Notes under the pieces: generated by a model
What the model saw: only the letters and a program-made list of their open reading frames with translations
Database searches by the model: none
What the model was told of the DNA's origin: nothing
Shown: positions 49,880 to 61,700 of the stretch, piece by piece
Numbering within the stretch: position 1 is the stretch's first letter
How the letters are laid out: the number at the start of each line of letters is the position of its first letter
Translations under genes and position numbers: made by a program
From: Vicugna vicugna
Taxonomy: Eukaryota
Assembly: GCA_013265495.1 (NCBI GenBank)
Contig: MU058423.1
Span: 8,169,627 to 8,233,626, forward strand
Reading direction: 5' to 3'
Length of the DNA stretch: 64,000 nt

Positions 49880-50930
49880 AAACCAGTGACCACAGCTATT
49901 TAACTAATTAGGTAATTATTACCCTCAGAAAGTTAATTATCCCTACAGTTTCCTCATTTAACGGCATGGGATGTTCAATGTCACTGCTGAAGCAACCACT
50001 CGGGGAGTCTGGGTCTTCTGACGTAGGCATTGTAGATTACAAATACAGAGATCCTTAACGCGCCTTCAGAGCACAATGAAGTTCTGATAAAGACTCTAGA
50101 AAGCAGTTGCTTAAAGGGCAGAATTCTTGTTTGGTTGTTTGCTCGTTTTCCTTTCTGAAAGGCCTCATTAAGCACAAGAAGCTGAACAGCAGAATTTTTT
50201 TTTAAAAAAGGGACGCAAAACTGCCTTCCAAAATCCAAGAGTTCAAACGAGATTGCACACAAGTTGCTGGGGTCTCTCTCCGCTCAGCCCAGCAGCTATT
50301 ATCCTACTTCTATGTGACTTGCATGGCAAGCACAGGAACGGAAGGCAGAGACAAAGAGCCGGGACCGGCCGGATAATAAAATCCTGTGTGTGTTTGCTTC
50401 GGCAATCTACCAGGCGAGTCTCTGCCTCGCAAATTTCTTCCACATGCTGCTGTCCATCATACAGCCAGAAATGAAAAGAAAAAAAAAGCCATCAGTTGTC
50501 ATAGAAACAATAGCAATTTGTGCCCCCTTTGTGTGAGCAGAAGGAAAGCTTGCTACTGCTTGTTCAGCTGGTTTCCAAGGACCCAGGTTGAGAAACGCCG
50601 CAGCTTAAAAGGGAGCTGCTGAATGTCTACCAAACCAGCAAGCCGATATCCTTCAAGTGGACTGTCACATATTTGCCTGCGATTGAAGGTTAATTAAAAT
50701 ACCGCCCTGGATGTGGGAACATTTTAAGAAAGACGTGTTACTCGACCCCAAATTCCCCTGTGTGAGGCCTAACGAGGCGACTGCAACCCTGCACGCCAGG
50801 GTTGGACCGCGGGGAGCAGCCGGGAGCAGGGTGTTCAGCCCTCAGCCTCATGGGATCCGTTCTCATCAGAGAAAGATGTAATCATCTCTTAGCGACTCTA
50901 ATTAAGCTGGTGATTAAGGTTAGCTCTGGG
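49880..50930. promoter_or_regulatory. candidate enhancer with TAATTA homeodomain cluster
   Basis: Apparently repeat-free; TAATTA at 49905, 49913, 49934, about 50690 and about 50898. Confidence 0.4.
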
Positions 50931-51609
50931 AAAGGAAATGCTCCAAGGGTGAGGCAGAGCTGCCAGGGGTCAGGCTGACAGCGTGCGCGGCCAGGTGGCT
51001 GTGGCATTCCCTCCGTCTCTGGCCTCTTTCACGACTGCAGAATGGCTTCCCTCATAAATCAGCAGGCCAGCATGCAAGAGTCACCCCAGCCTTGCACACT
51101 ACGTCCAAATGGCTGGCAGTCCCTGGGGGCTCACTCAGTCCAGGAAGTGTCTGTCTAAGAGGTGGGACACGGTGACCTTAAATGTAAAGCTCATGTAAAA
51201 ACGCAGGTCCCATGGGCCGATGGGGGGGCGGGGGAATCCTGTTAGCAGAATTTCACTCTTTATGCTGTTTCTACTTTTGAGCACTGGGAGAGTGTGTAAG
51301 CGCTGTAGATACGATCAGGGAGGCAGGGTTGGAGGCGTAGAGCTCGGTGGAGAGACGGCCGGGCAGTGAGTCTGTGACAGACAGAACGTCAAATCCAAGT
51401 GAAGTCCAGAAAAACCCAGAGTGCGGAGACAGAGGCATCAGGAATCACACAGGAGAAGGAGCAGGAGCAGGAGCAGGAGGTGGGAAGGTACACATAAGGA
51501 AAGACAAGGAGATTGCCAGAGGTTTCCACAGGGAAAACTCTGAGAGCAGAATAGACAGTCCATTTGAGGCTTGATTTTGAGGCATGATCCAAATCCACCC
51601 AGACATTTG

Positions 51610-52100
51610 CCATGTGCTTGTGCTTCAACAAGAATAAATTACACACCAGATCAGTTGTATTAGGCACAGCTGGATGAGACAGAAAATCAAAAAGAGCCCT
51701 GACAAAAGTCGGAGGTTGGCAGTCCAGGGCTCCCGTGGTGGCTTTATGGCAGGCAGAGACCCAGGCTCCTTATAGCTTTCTGTCCCACCTCTGAGCTGAG
51801 GGCCTCGGCCTCATGGCCCATAATGGCTGCTATAGCTGCAGCCATCACAAGAACATTCCAAACAGCCAGACAGACGAAGAAGGTCACACTGTTCCCTCTT
51901 CTACAAAGGCTTGCCAGAAGTATCAACTAATACTCTCACATAAAATTCATTGGCCAGCGTCTACCTTTATGGTCACTTCTAGTTACAAGGTATGTGCACA
52001 GAAAATGTGATCTTTTCGTTGGACTCACTGCTACTCTGAATAAATTACTAAGCAAAGAAAGAAATAGATACTTTCAGGAACCTAGAAGTCTCTGCCAGTC
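51610..52100 (-). mobile_element. MaLR LTR (MLT1J-like)
   Basis: 'gaggttggcagtccagggct...gacccaggctcctt...aatggctgctatagctgcagccatcaca...cattggccag'. Confidence 0.7.
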
Positions 52101-52149
52101 AGGGTATTCCTTCTTCGACTCTCTGATGATCTCTTCGGAATGTGTCAGT

Positions 52150-53047
52150 CATGGTCACAAAAGGGAAAATTTTTCCTCTACTCACTGTGTGTGTGTGTGT
52201 TGGGAGAGGAGGAAGTCCCATATCAACCAATTTTCCAACTCTCCAGACACCTACTGGGTGTCCTACAATTTAATTCTGACACAAACAGCCAGAGTTAGTG
52301 CAGACCCCACAGGTTAAGAGCTTAGTCCCATAAGACTGTGCACCCCCACCACCAATTCAGACACCAGTTGTAACTCCAGGTCTCCCACGCTCAGGACCAA
52401 CCAGCTATAAATCAGAGATTTCCGCAACGCGTAATTTGCTACAGCAACTCACAGAACTCAGGGAAACACTTTGCTTATGATTGCCCGTTTATTACTCAGG
52501 AACTGTCAGATGGAAGAGATACATAGGGCATGGTACGTGGGAAGGGGCTCAGAGCTTCCATGCCCGGTCCAGACATACCATGTGCCCAGCACCTCGATGT
52601 GTTCCCCAACTTGGAAGCCCTCCAAACCCCTTCTTTATGGTTTTTATGGAAGGTCCATTACGTAGGCGTGGTTGATTAAAAATCTTTGGCGATTGAACTC
52701 AGTCTCCAGCCCCTCTACCCTCCCAGAGCTGGGCAGGGTCTGGGGACTGAAGTTTCTAACCCTCCAATCACATGGTTGGTTCCTCTGGCAACAAGCCCCC
52801 TATCTTGAAGCTATCCAGTGGCTTCCAGCCACCAGTCACCTCATTAACATACGAAAAGACACTCTTACACTCTGGAAATTCCAAAGGTCTTAGAAGCTCT
52901 TGTGTCAGGAATCAGGGACTAAGACCAATTATAACCAAAAATGTTCCTTTGCCCCTGTCACTCAGGAAATTACAAGGATTTTAGGTACTCTGTGTCAGGA
53001 ACAGGGGTCAGAGACCAAATAGATATTTCTTACTATGCTTCTATCAC
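52150..53047 (-). mobile_element. MER21-family ERVL LTR
   Basis: 'ctgggtgtcctacaatttaattctgacac...gttagtgcagaccccacaggttaag...gagaccaaatagatatttctta'. Confidence 0.85.
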
Positions 53048-53164
53048 TCACTCGGTAGCAAGAAAGTCTTTGTTCGGCTCTGTCCCAGAGTAGAGCACCT
53101 CCTCCCTCATCCTCAAGGCTGGCAGGCCCTGCTGGAATGATGGATCCGAGAAGAAATAAGAAAT

Positions 53165-53242
53165 TTCAGGAGCTCCTGAATATGAGAATTCCTGGAAGGT
53201 AAAGCCTCAGCAATGAGTCATCACCACCCAGAGACTGAGTCA
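53165..53242. promoter_or_regulatory. STAT (GAS) plus two AP-1 motif cluster
   Basis: TTCCTGGAA 53189-53197; TGAGTCA 53214-53220 and 53236-53242. Confidence 0.4.
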
Positions 53243-53354
53243 TGTCAGCGATGTCCCTGCTCTAACTACCCCCGACATACACTAGGGCAGAGTCAGGCTT
53301 GCTTGTGACAGCCAAGGAGAGCACGGCTGTAATCGTAGATGCACAAGCAGTGGA

Positions 53355-54130
53355 GTTCAGTCACTGAGTGTTTACTCTCTGCAAACACTGTTCTAAGCAC
53401 GGGAGATGCAAACACTGAGAAACAGCCCTGCCTCTGAAGATGCTTCTAGTCCTGCAAGTGGAATAATATGTAAATTACGGACTTAGAGACAGAGTGGTAA
53501 GTGTGATGTTAAGTGTTGCAGGTGCACTGTGGGAGATCCATCTAAATCATGTGGGAGGGAAAGGAGAGCTTCTCCTGAGATGAAACCCTGCTGGGGTTTG
53601 AGAGGCAAGTAGAAGTTAGACTAGTTGAAAAAATGGGAAAAGTATTTCATGCAGGCGAACAGCACATACACAGATATGAACACAAGCTAGGACATGTTCT
53701 GGAGTCTATGGTAAAAGTGGATGACAAAACCCAGTCTTGAGTAATAATAACAGTTAAAACTTATCTAATGCTTATCATGTGCTAAATTCTGTTCTATATG
53801 TGTAAATATAACTCACTTAATCCTCGTGACACCGCTATGAATAAATACCCCCATTTTACAGATAAGGAAACTGAGGCCCGGAGAGCAAGGTCACACAGCT
53901 CGGATGTGATAGAAGCAGCATCTGAATGCACACACTCTAGGGTCTGCCCTTGACCACCGCACAGCGCTGCACCATGCTGCAGTCTGGGGAGGGGCCTCGA
54001 CAGCTTGGAATTTGAACTGTATCCCAAAAGCAATGAGGAACCATTAAAGATTCTACACCAAATGGCAGTAGAAACACATGTTTGCCTTTAGAAAGTCATG
54101 CTAGATGTTGTGTAAAGGTTGGAGGAATAA
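53355..54130 (-). mobile_element. L2 3' fragment with inserted MIR (about 53745-53955)
   Basis: 'cactgagtgtttactctctgcaaacactgttctaagcac'; MIR 'ccccattttacagataaggaaactgaggccc'. Confidence 0.75.
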
Positions 54131-55972
54131 GCCCCAGGCGATGGGCCAAACCTACACAGAGGGGACCTGAAGTCACACAGGTCTCCTTGGTTGAGTCAGT
54201 CCTGGGGAGAAACATGAAGCTGAGATTGTCCATGTCATGAAACCCAACTGCGCCTAACAGAGGAGACGGGCAGCTGAGCCCAGCCTCAGAGGACCTCGGA
54301 AGCAGGGTAGAATTTGTGTCAGGACACCTGGGAGTAGCCCCCAGACCTGTGTCCAGCTCTCAGGAGCGGGATGCTGGTCCCAGGCTACCTGGGCACGAGG
54401 CTGGTGAGAAGAGATGACCAAGAAACTCCTGAGGGTCCGTGGGTGCTGAGCAGGGGAAGGAGGCAGGAGCTCGGCCCTGCGGGAGACATGACCGAGACTC
54501 AGGGACCAGATCAGGGTGATAAGCGAAGCTTGGACACAAAGACTGAGGAGAGAATCTAGTTCTGAGAATCGGGTCTCAGACTCTTATCATTGAAAGGGGA
54601 CCCAGCTGAGGCTGACCTTGTGCAGGAAACAGGCCAGGCCGAGATGGCGGTTCAGGTGGAGGCTCGGCGCCTTGGCTGGGCTGCGGGAGCAAAGGGCCAG
54701 GGAGCACGTGACCCTGAACCCCCGCAAACACCGTCTTAGACCAGAGCCAGCCCACCACCCCCAGCCCCGGATGTCTGCACCACAGGGCCTGGGACACCTA
54801 GGACACACTGGTTTAAATAGATTCTAGAAGTAACCTGAATGGGACCCCGGGGAACACTCAAAGGCCTGAGCCTAAGTCAGTCAATGCCGGCGAAGCCCTG
54901 GTCCGGCCGGGGAAGCGTCCTCCGGCTGTTCCCTCCGGGCGCAGCATCCACCGGGGCTCGTGACGAAGGAAACTTCCACGTGCTGAGCTACAGGGAGGCC
55001 ATTCTGGCTTATACACGAGTTAACTTGAATTTTACGTTAACTACGATTGCCTACTATGGCCTATCAAACAGACATTGTACATCTGCTTTAATTATGACAG
55101 AAAGGGCACGTTGACCAGAATTAAAGAGTGTCCATGTTAAAAATAAAGATGAATGTCCCCCTTCCTGGGGCGCCAGAGCTGGTCCTCTTTTGACGGCTTC
55201 CTTCCCGGGTGCCAAGGCCACACTGTACGTACTGCGTGTGTGCACGCCGGTCTGTTTTTCTTTTGAAATCTTGAAGAAATGTATCTTTGACTTGTTTAAT
55301 ATTCTTTGTTCTGATGAGATATAAAACCATGCTGGAAACCATGCTTCTCCCAAGCAGTTTTTCAGCCTCATCGGGGAAGCGGGCTTCTGGGCTAGTCCTC
55401 AACTTGGCTCAAATAAAAAGTCTTTTCTATTCTTATCATTGATTGTTTATTTATGATTTTTGTTGGCATATGTCTTCTCCACCTCAACAGGAGCACGTCG
55501 ATCCCAGGCGTAGAGCGGTGATGGGTCAGGCAGGAGAGGAGCTGGGAGTGGACCAGCCGGGGTACCCAGAGATTTTGACAGTTAGGAGAAGCTACAAGCC
55601 ACCTGGGTCTTTAGAAAGCAGCACAATCTCCTAATTTCTGGGAGGAGCTTTAACCCCAGGTGACTAGCGAGGGGGACGAGTCCCCCACCCCTGCCCAGAA
55701 AGAAGCCCTAAGATGCCAAGGGAAGGTGGTGCAGTGAAAAGAGCACAGGCTTTGGGGTTGTTTATTTATTTAGCAAATACGCCTTGAGCTCCCACTCTAC
55801 CAGGCACTCCTCGGGGTTCAGCACCAAACAATGGTTCATGGCATGAGGTGGAAGGAAAGTATCTTAACCTCCAATTTTCAGAAGTCAGAATAAATTGGGA
55901 GTAAAGAGACCAGGTTCCCTGTGATCCAAAAAATGATGGAGCAGCTTCAGAATTTTAGTCCATTGTGAGCGA

Positions 55973-56472
55973 TGTTAAAGGAAAAAAAAAATTATTCATG
56001 ACACTTAAAGAAATAACCATAAGGCAGATTCTATTCGGGGTGGGGCATTACACTACCTGTGGGGACCGTGGCAATGGGGTCTCACAGTGGGAGAGAAAGG
56101 CTGGGCTCTCCAAATACAACAAGGAAAAGTGGAAATTTATGGTCAAGGAGCAGAGTGGGGGTCAGTGAAGAGAATTACTAAGAGGAAACATCAGGGGTAG
56201 GGGAGGTTCTGGTTAAACCCACACAACGGGACTCTTGCTGAAGGCAGGCCGGGTCATCAGACCCCACCAGGGAGACGGTGGAGGATGAGGAACTTGATTA
56301 GATATTGGGGGTGATCAGTTCTCAAGGGTGGGAGATTCTGGTTAATCTGACTTAACACTCTTGCTAAAATTGGACAATGCAGGGAAAAACAGGGAAGTCC
56401 CAAAGTCAAAGCAATTGAAAAAGAGCTCAGAGGAGCCTGACTAGAGTTTGGGCAGGGGAAGAACCTTTGTCA
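55973..56472 (-). mobile_element. MER31-like ERV1 solo LTR
   Basis: 'tgttaaaggaaaaaaaaattattcatgacactt...caaggagcagagtgggggtcagtg...aattactaagaggaaacatcagggg...gagcctgactagagtttgg...ctttgtca'. Confidence 0.85.
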
Positions 56473-56979
56473 GGGACTGTCAAAATCCAAAAACACAAAT
56501 AAACAAAAAAACCCTCAATTGTATCATAATAACAAATCAAGAACAGCTGTGGAGTGCCCGTGCATCTTCTGTATGTTCTCTCTTATTACTCTAAAGCAAA
56601 GATAACAACTGTGCAGTTACCCACCATCACTGAAATATAGGCTCACTGCAAACTGGAGCCCACCTGGCCCTACGAAGCCAAGAATCATGTGAGTTCACTG
56701 CATTGCATCTGTCATCCCAGAGCCGTGCTTTAAATGATTTTGCCCTTATTTCACTATCCTTCCTCCACTCATAGGGAGCAGCAGGGCATCTGAATTTGTT
56801 GTTTAGGGTAGGTGTTTGAGTACCTCAGTGTAGACTAAGAAATGGTGCCCATGTAACATCCTTAAAATTAGAAAATATGTCTCTCTTACGTCTATGGACA
56901 TTTTTTTCCTACTACAGGTCGCTACACGATCCCCTTCCCTGCTCCCCCAGAAGTGGGAGATGCCTTTAATGTTTAAAAA

Positions 56980-57482
56980 CTAATGAAGCAAAGGCATGGG
57001 AGAACCTTAAATGCATATTACTAGGGGAAAGAAGGCAATCTGAAAAGGCTACATACTGTGTGATTCCAACTACTTGACATCTGGAAAAATAGAATGATAA
57101 ACATTAAAAAAAGATCAGTGGTTACTAGGGATGGAGGAGGGAGATGAACAGGCAGAACACAGGATTTTTAAGGCAGTGAAACCGCTCTGTATGGTACTAT
57201 AGTGACAGATTAAATGTCATTGTACATTTGTCAAAACTCAGAATGTACAACACCAAGAGTGAATTCTAAGATAAACTATGGATTTTGGATAATTATGATG
57301 TGCCACTGAAGGTTCATACTTGATTTAAAAAAAGAAAAGTACCACCTGGTGAGGGATGTTGATCATGGGGAGGCTATGCATTTGTACAGCCATGGGGTTT
57401 ATGGAAGAAATTTCTGTACCTCCCTCTCAATTTTGTTGTAACTCTAAAATTGCTCTTTTAAAAACTGCCTTATTAAAAAAAA
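56980..57482 (+). mobile_element. L1MC-like 3' UTR
   Basis: 'aaccttaaatgcatattact...tctgaaaaggctacatactgtgtgattccaact...gaatgtacaacaccaagagtgaa...aatttctgtacc'. Confidence 0.85.
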
Positions 57483-58449
57483 CCAATGAAGCCTCATTAT
57501 TTTGTATTACACTAGTTTGGAAAATGCAATCTTTCATTAATTTGTGTTGGGATGCAATTTACAGAACATGACTGCAGGAAAGTTTCTACAGCGCTTAACA
57601 GCACAAACACCGTAATAAGGACCCAGACAAGGTACTTCTTTCCTGGAGTTAAATTTTCCTCCTTGGGGTTTGGGTAAGACCCACGTGAAAGGCACCCTGC
57701 GCCAGGCATCTGATGTGAATGTGAAGGACCAGGGAGAGCGAAAAGGAAGAGTGGGGAGGCTGTGTGGTTCTCACCCCCGTCCCGCCCCAGTATTCAGGGC
57801 TGTGCTGAGTGCGGGCCGCACCGCCGCGGCCCTTCAGGCTGCAAAACCCCCGCGGGGCTGTGAAGCGCTCAACCAGGAGGCGGTGGGGCACAGGAGAAAG
57901 AGGCAGGCGGGGACACACATGCGACCCTAGAGATCGAAAGGAGGTCGCGGACGAAAGGTGGCGGGTCTGAATGAGGAAGTGGCAGGTGGGGGGCATTCCC
58001 GGCTCGCACTTGGCCGTGAACCCTGCAAAGGGCTGCGGAACAATGCGGAACCGAGATGGCTGGTGCAGCAGGCAGATCTAACGCCTTTGACGCCGGCAGC
58101 TTGTCGGCGCTAAAACCTGACTTGGGGGGTGGGGGGGAAAGGCAGCAGAGAACAAAGGAGAGTCGGAAGTCTCATGTATATCAAAGGAAAGGGCGTGAAG
58201 AAACGCTGCAAAGAAATGCTTCAGTTCAAGATGCTTCCGGAATTTGGGATGCCGATGTAGCCGCCGCTGCCCTCTGCAGCTGCGCCTCTGGGCGTCGCCA
58301 TCTCTTTAACTGCCACTTTGATACCACAGCCTTTTGAAGTCTTTTTTCCCCCCGTGTATTTGTCTTTTACTTCTGCACCAGAAAGAACTTACTGTTCCAG
58401 TGTTTCCCTTCGCTGGTTTCCGCTACGAGCGAGGCAAAGGCAGGTGCGT

Positions 58450-58485
58450 CCGCGCCCCCTGCTGGTGCTGCTGCGAGCCTGCAGC
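58450..58485 (-). promoter_or_regulatory. CTCF site CACCAGCAGGGGGCGC with upstream TGCAG module
   Basis: Minus strand gctgcaggctcgcagcagcaCCAGCAGGGGGCGCgg: exact core consensus. Confidence 0.75.
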
Positions 58486-58562
58486 AGGTTAGAGCTAAGG
58501 AGAGAGCGTTTGCTTTTTCCTGGGCCTGGAGCAGCAAATTTTTATTAAAGTTTACCGCATAT

Positions 58563-58746
58563 CTGTGGTTATCAAGCTTCTGTGGCGATCACCAGAAGCG
58601 CCTGGAGGGCTCATTAAAGTACGATTTCTGGGTCCCGCCCCCAGAGTTTCTGATTCAGGAAGTTTGGAGCGCAGCCGGCTCGTCTGCATTTCTAGCACGT
58701 TCCCAGGTGATGCGGGTTTTAAGAAAGCACGGTTCCAGAACCACTG
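58563..58746. mobile_element. MER5A MITE inside the CpG island
   Basis: 'cctggagggctcattaaa...ctgggtcccgcccccagagtttctgattcagga...ctgcatttctagcacgttcccaggtgatgc...gaaccactg'. Confidence 0.85.
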
Positions 58747-61700
58747 CCGTCTACACGAGGCACTGGGCGAGGTAGGAAGGCGCTTTAGGAAATCAGTGGG
58801 TCTTATTCTAAAGCAGGCAGGGCGCTGTGTAAGCTGGAGGAAGCACCAGCTTGCCAGGGTGTCATCCGCGGGAGTGAAGGGGGCCACCTGCACGGGGAAC
58901 GCAGGTCTCACCCCCGGCCGGTGCGCCCGGCCTTACCACGCGCTGAACCTCAGGTACCCTGACGTGACCTGGAGGTGGGGTAACAGCTGTAACTGCCGCC
59001 CAGGGGGAAAACACACCTCAGAAAGTTGCTGAGACAGGCGAGCTTGCCGCGCGCGCACACCCACCACCTGCTGACTGCGGCCGCCGGCAGCACCCGCCAG
59101 CCTCCGCAGAGCCGGGACGCCGAGGCGCGGGGGCTGCGGCGGCGGGGACCTTCCTCCTGGCCCCGGGCGCGTGGGAGCAGGTGTGAGAAAGCCAGGGCTT
59201 TGTTCTTGTTGCGTGAGGCCATGCTGCGGCTCCCGGCTGCCCTCAGGGTGGGTTCCTTAGCAGCGCCCTGCTTCCCGGCTCCGGATTCCACCTTTCTTCT
59301 CACCTCATGCTTCACATGCTCTGAATAATTACGGCCTCTTCCCAGGAAACCTTCCTGGAATGCCCACCTGGAATGCCCTCTCCTCTCCTGCTCAGTGCCA
59401 CCTCTTCCTGCCACCATCTTGTCCGAGGAGCCCCTTTCAGGACTGGACTTCAATTTTGTCTTTGGACAGCCTCCCTTCACTCCCCCCATCCCGAGACTGA
59501 GTAGGAACCCGGGCTACAGCGTTCCCACAGCAGCCAGGCCGACCACAACCCTCCATACTCTCATGGCAACGGCATGTTCCCCGGAGCCCTTCCACTAGAC
59601 TCCCTGGGGAAGGACTAGGCCTTTCTCATCTTGCCACCTTGAGACCCAGCACAGAGCCCAGAGTATAATGGGTGCTCAGTACATCCACTAGAAAGAGCGA
59701 ACACAGGGATGTAGGATGGAGAAGTTCTGCATCACAGATGCACAGAAACTGAAAAGGAGCAAAAGTAGGTGACGCCAAAGAGCCTTTGAAGGCCACGCAG
59801 CATCACCATTCTCAACTCCCAGGCTGTGCAAGAAAAGCCACACCCTTCCTGGAAGAGACACCACAGGCATGCTAGGTGGAGCCCTGCATCCCAGAACAAC
59901 TGTAAACTCTGAAGTGCCATGCTTGGGAGAGATCTTGGAGATTTCAGAAGACACAGAAAGATGCACGAATTGCCCCTGGTGCCAGGTTTTTTTTTTAGCA
60001 AAACAATGCAAGTAGTATCCAGGTCTCTGGGTTCATTATCTGATGTTTTCACCACACATTGTGATAAAGATATTGGATAAGCCCAACGATAAAAAGGTGG
60101 GGCAGGAAATAGGAAGAGGGCCTCCCGACAGCAGGGCCAGGTGTGGCAGCCACGGAGGTACGATGCTCAGACCTCACTTCAAACAATAACTTACCAGCAG
60201 CTGCAAGGAGTGTGCCGGGCTGATGCCTTCCGGCTGTCAGCACCTCCAGGCTTCCCCTGGGCTTTTGAGTCTTGGCCATGCTCACTCCTGGAGGCTCCCA
60301 GCCACCGACTCAACACAGCAGGGGGACCGGGACATAGTCATTTCTGCCTGACGTGGGACTGCTCTGAGAGCTACATTTACTTGAGAACTCCCAGTTGGGT
60401 TGACCAATACGGTCAGCTCTGTAGAGCAGTCTGGGACTTTCCCTGCCCAAGTCTGCTTCAAAAGAAAACTTTTATCCCCTTTAGCGCCTTTATCCCTTTT
60501 ATCTCTCACAGGCATTTCCCCTCACTAAGGCTCTTGTACTTCTACCATCGGCTTCACAGAGGATCTCATACCTCAACCAAAGCCTGGTGGGGGTCTCCAG
60601 AGGCAGCAGTAGGAACCCCAGAGGAAAGGGGGTCCTGGCAGTTGACCCAGAGCATCAGACCCAAGGTCCAATCAGCAGTCCCTCACAAGCCCAGAAAGCA
60701 GGCTTCCCTGAAGATAACGGAAACTGGTAAGAGTGCCTTCCATGTTCTTAAGGATCAGGTGTCAGTTTTTAAAAAGGCAAAGTGTCTGGAGCTATATATC
60801 ACGTGACCTTGCTTTTCTATCGAGGAAGAATTTCTGACCCTCTTTTTCGCAGGTGAGAGGAATTTGCATAAGAAGGAGGAGTCAGGGCTTCTGGAAGGGA
60901 GATCCCCATCATGTCATGTTTTCAGGCAGGTACCTTAGCTGCAAACTTCATGCTATAACCAGTCACGTAAAATCATACCTTTGATGCGCAGGGAACACTC
61001 CCAGTGCGTTAAGTGAAGACCCCTGGCTCCTCCATCTCACGAGTGTGACTCTTGCCCTCGTATCATTTTCTAGCTCCCTGCTAACACCCGAGTTCTGCCG
61101 CTTTCAGTGGAATGTCCTCAAAAAGACCAAGAGGATGTAAAGGATTATCTAGACCTCTAATTTCAGATATTCTCAAATCCACATCTGACATCCTAGGGCC
61201 TGGAGGTGAGGTGGGGAGAAAGAAAGGAAAATGAGTAGACTTACTTGTCAGACCCCTCCCAGGTGTGTCCCCAGCCTGCCCGCTAGCTGCCCACCCATGA
61301 TGCCTGTGATGCGGGAGAGAAGCCAGATGTCCCTCAACGTATCTTCCCACCGACTCCAACGCCACAGGCCTGAAGGCCTTCAAGGTTCTAAAGAAAGAGA
61401 AAGAGAGAGAGAAAGAGAGAGACCGACCTCCAGGCGAGAATATGTGTGGGCTGGAGTAATTCCTCTGACTGAAGGGAGCTGCACTTTGGGTGTGGATTTA
61501 AAAAGGAACCACACAAACCAGCCACACTTTGTTACTGTATCGATTTCGTTAGCCCGCCAGTCAATAGTACAAAATAATGTTCATCCAGCTTCTTCGCCAG
61601 CCTCAATTCCAGATGCGTGCCTATCTCTCAGCGTGTCCCTACCCACCCTCACGCCATCACCGTTCATTGCATGCCCCAAAGATCAACCTAAGTTAACCTT

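Larger units (their letters stand above)
57700..59290. promoter_or_regulatory. CpG island (orphan or unannotated promoter)
   Basis: Visibly high GC and CpG density against depleted flanks (e.g. gcgggccgcaccgccgcgg, gccgcgcgcgc, gcggccgccggc). Confidence 0.75.

Noticed and set aside
59339..59360. Tandem STAT-like sites TTCCCAGGAA and TTCCTGGAA
   Set aside because: Lie in L2-like 'ggaaaccttcc' sequence where such matches arise readily; no other support
60433..60442. NF-kB-type sites (GGGACTTTCC here; also 25937-25950 and 63569-63578)
   Set aside because: Isolated 10-mers, one inside an L2; no supporting cluster
60141..60806. 221-aa ORF (also 61231-61803, 22852-23394, 58950-59489)
   Set aside because: No recognisable domain, and they run through GC-rich, repeat or low-complexity sequence; expected by chance
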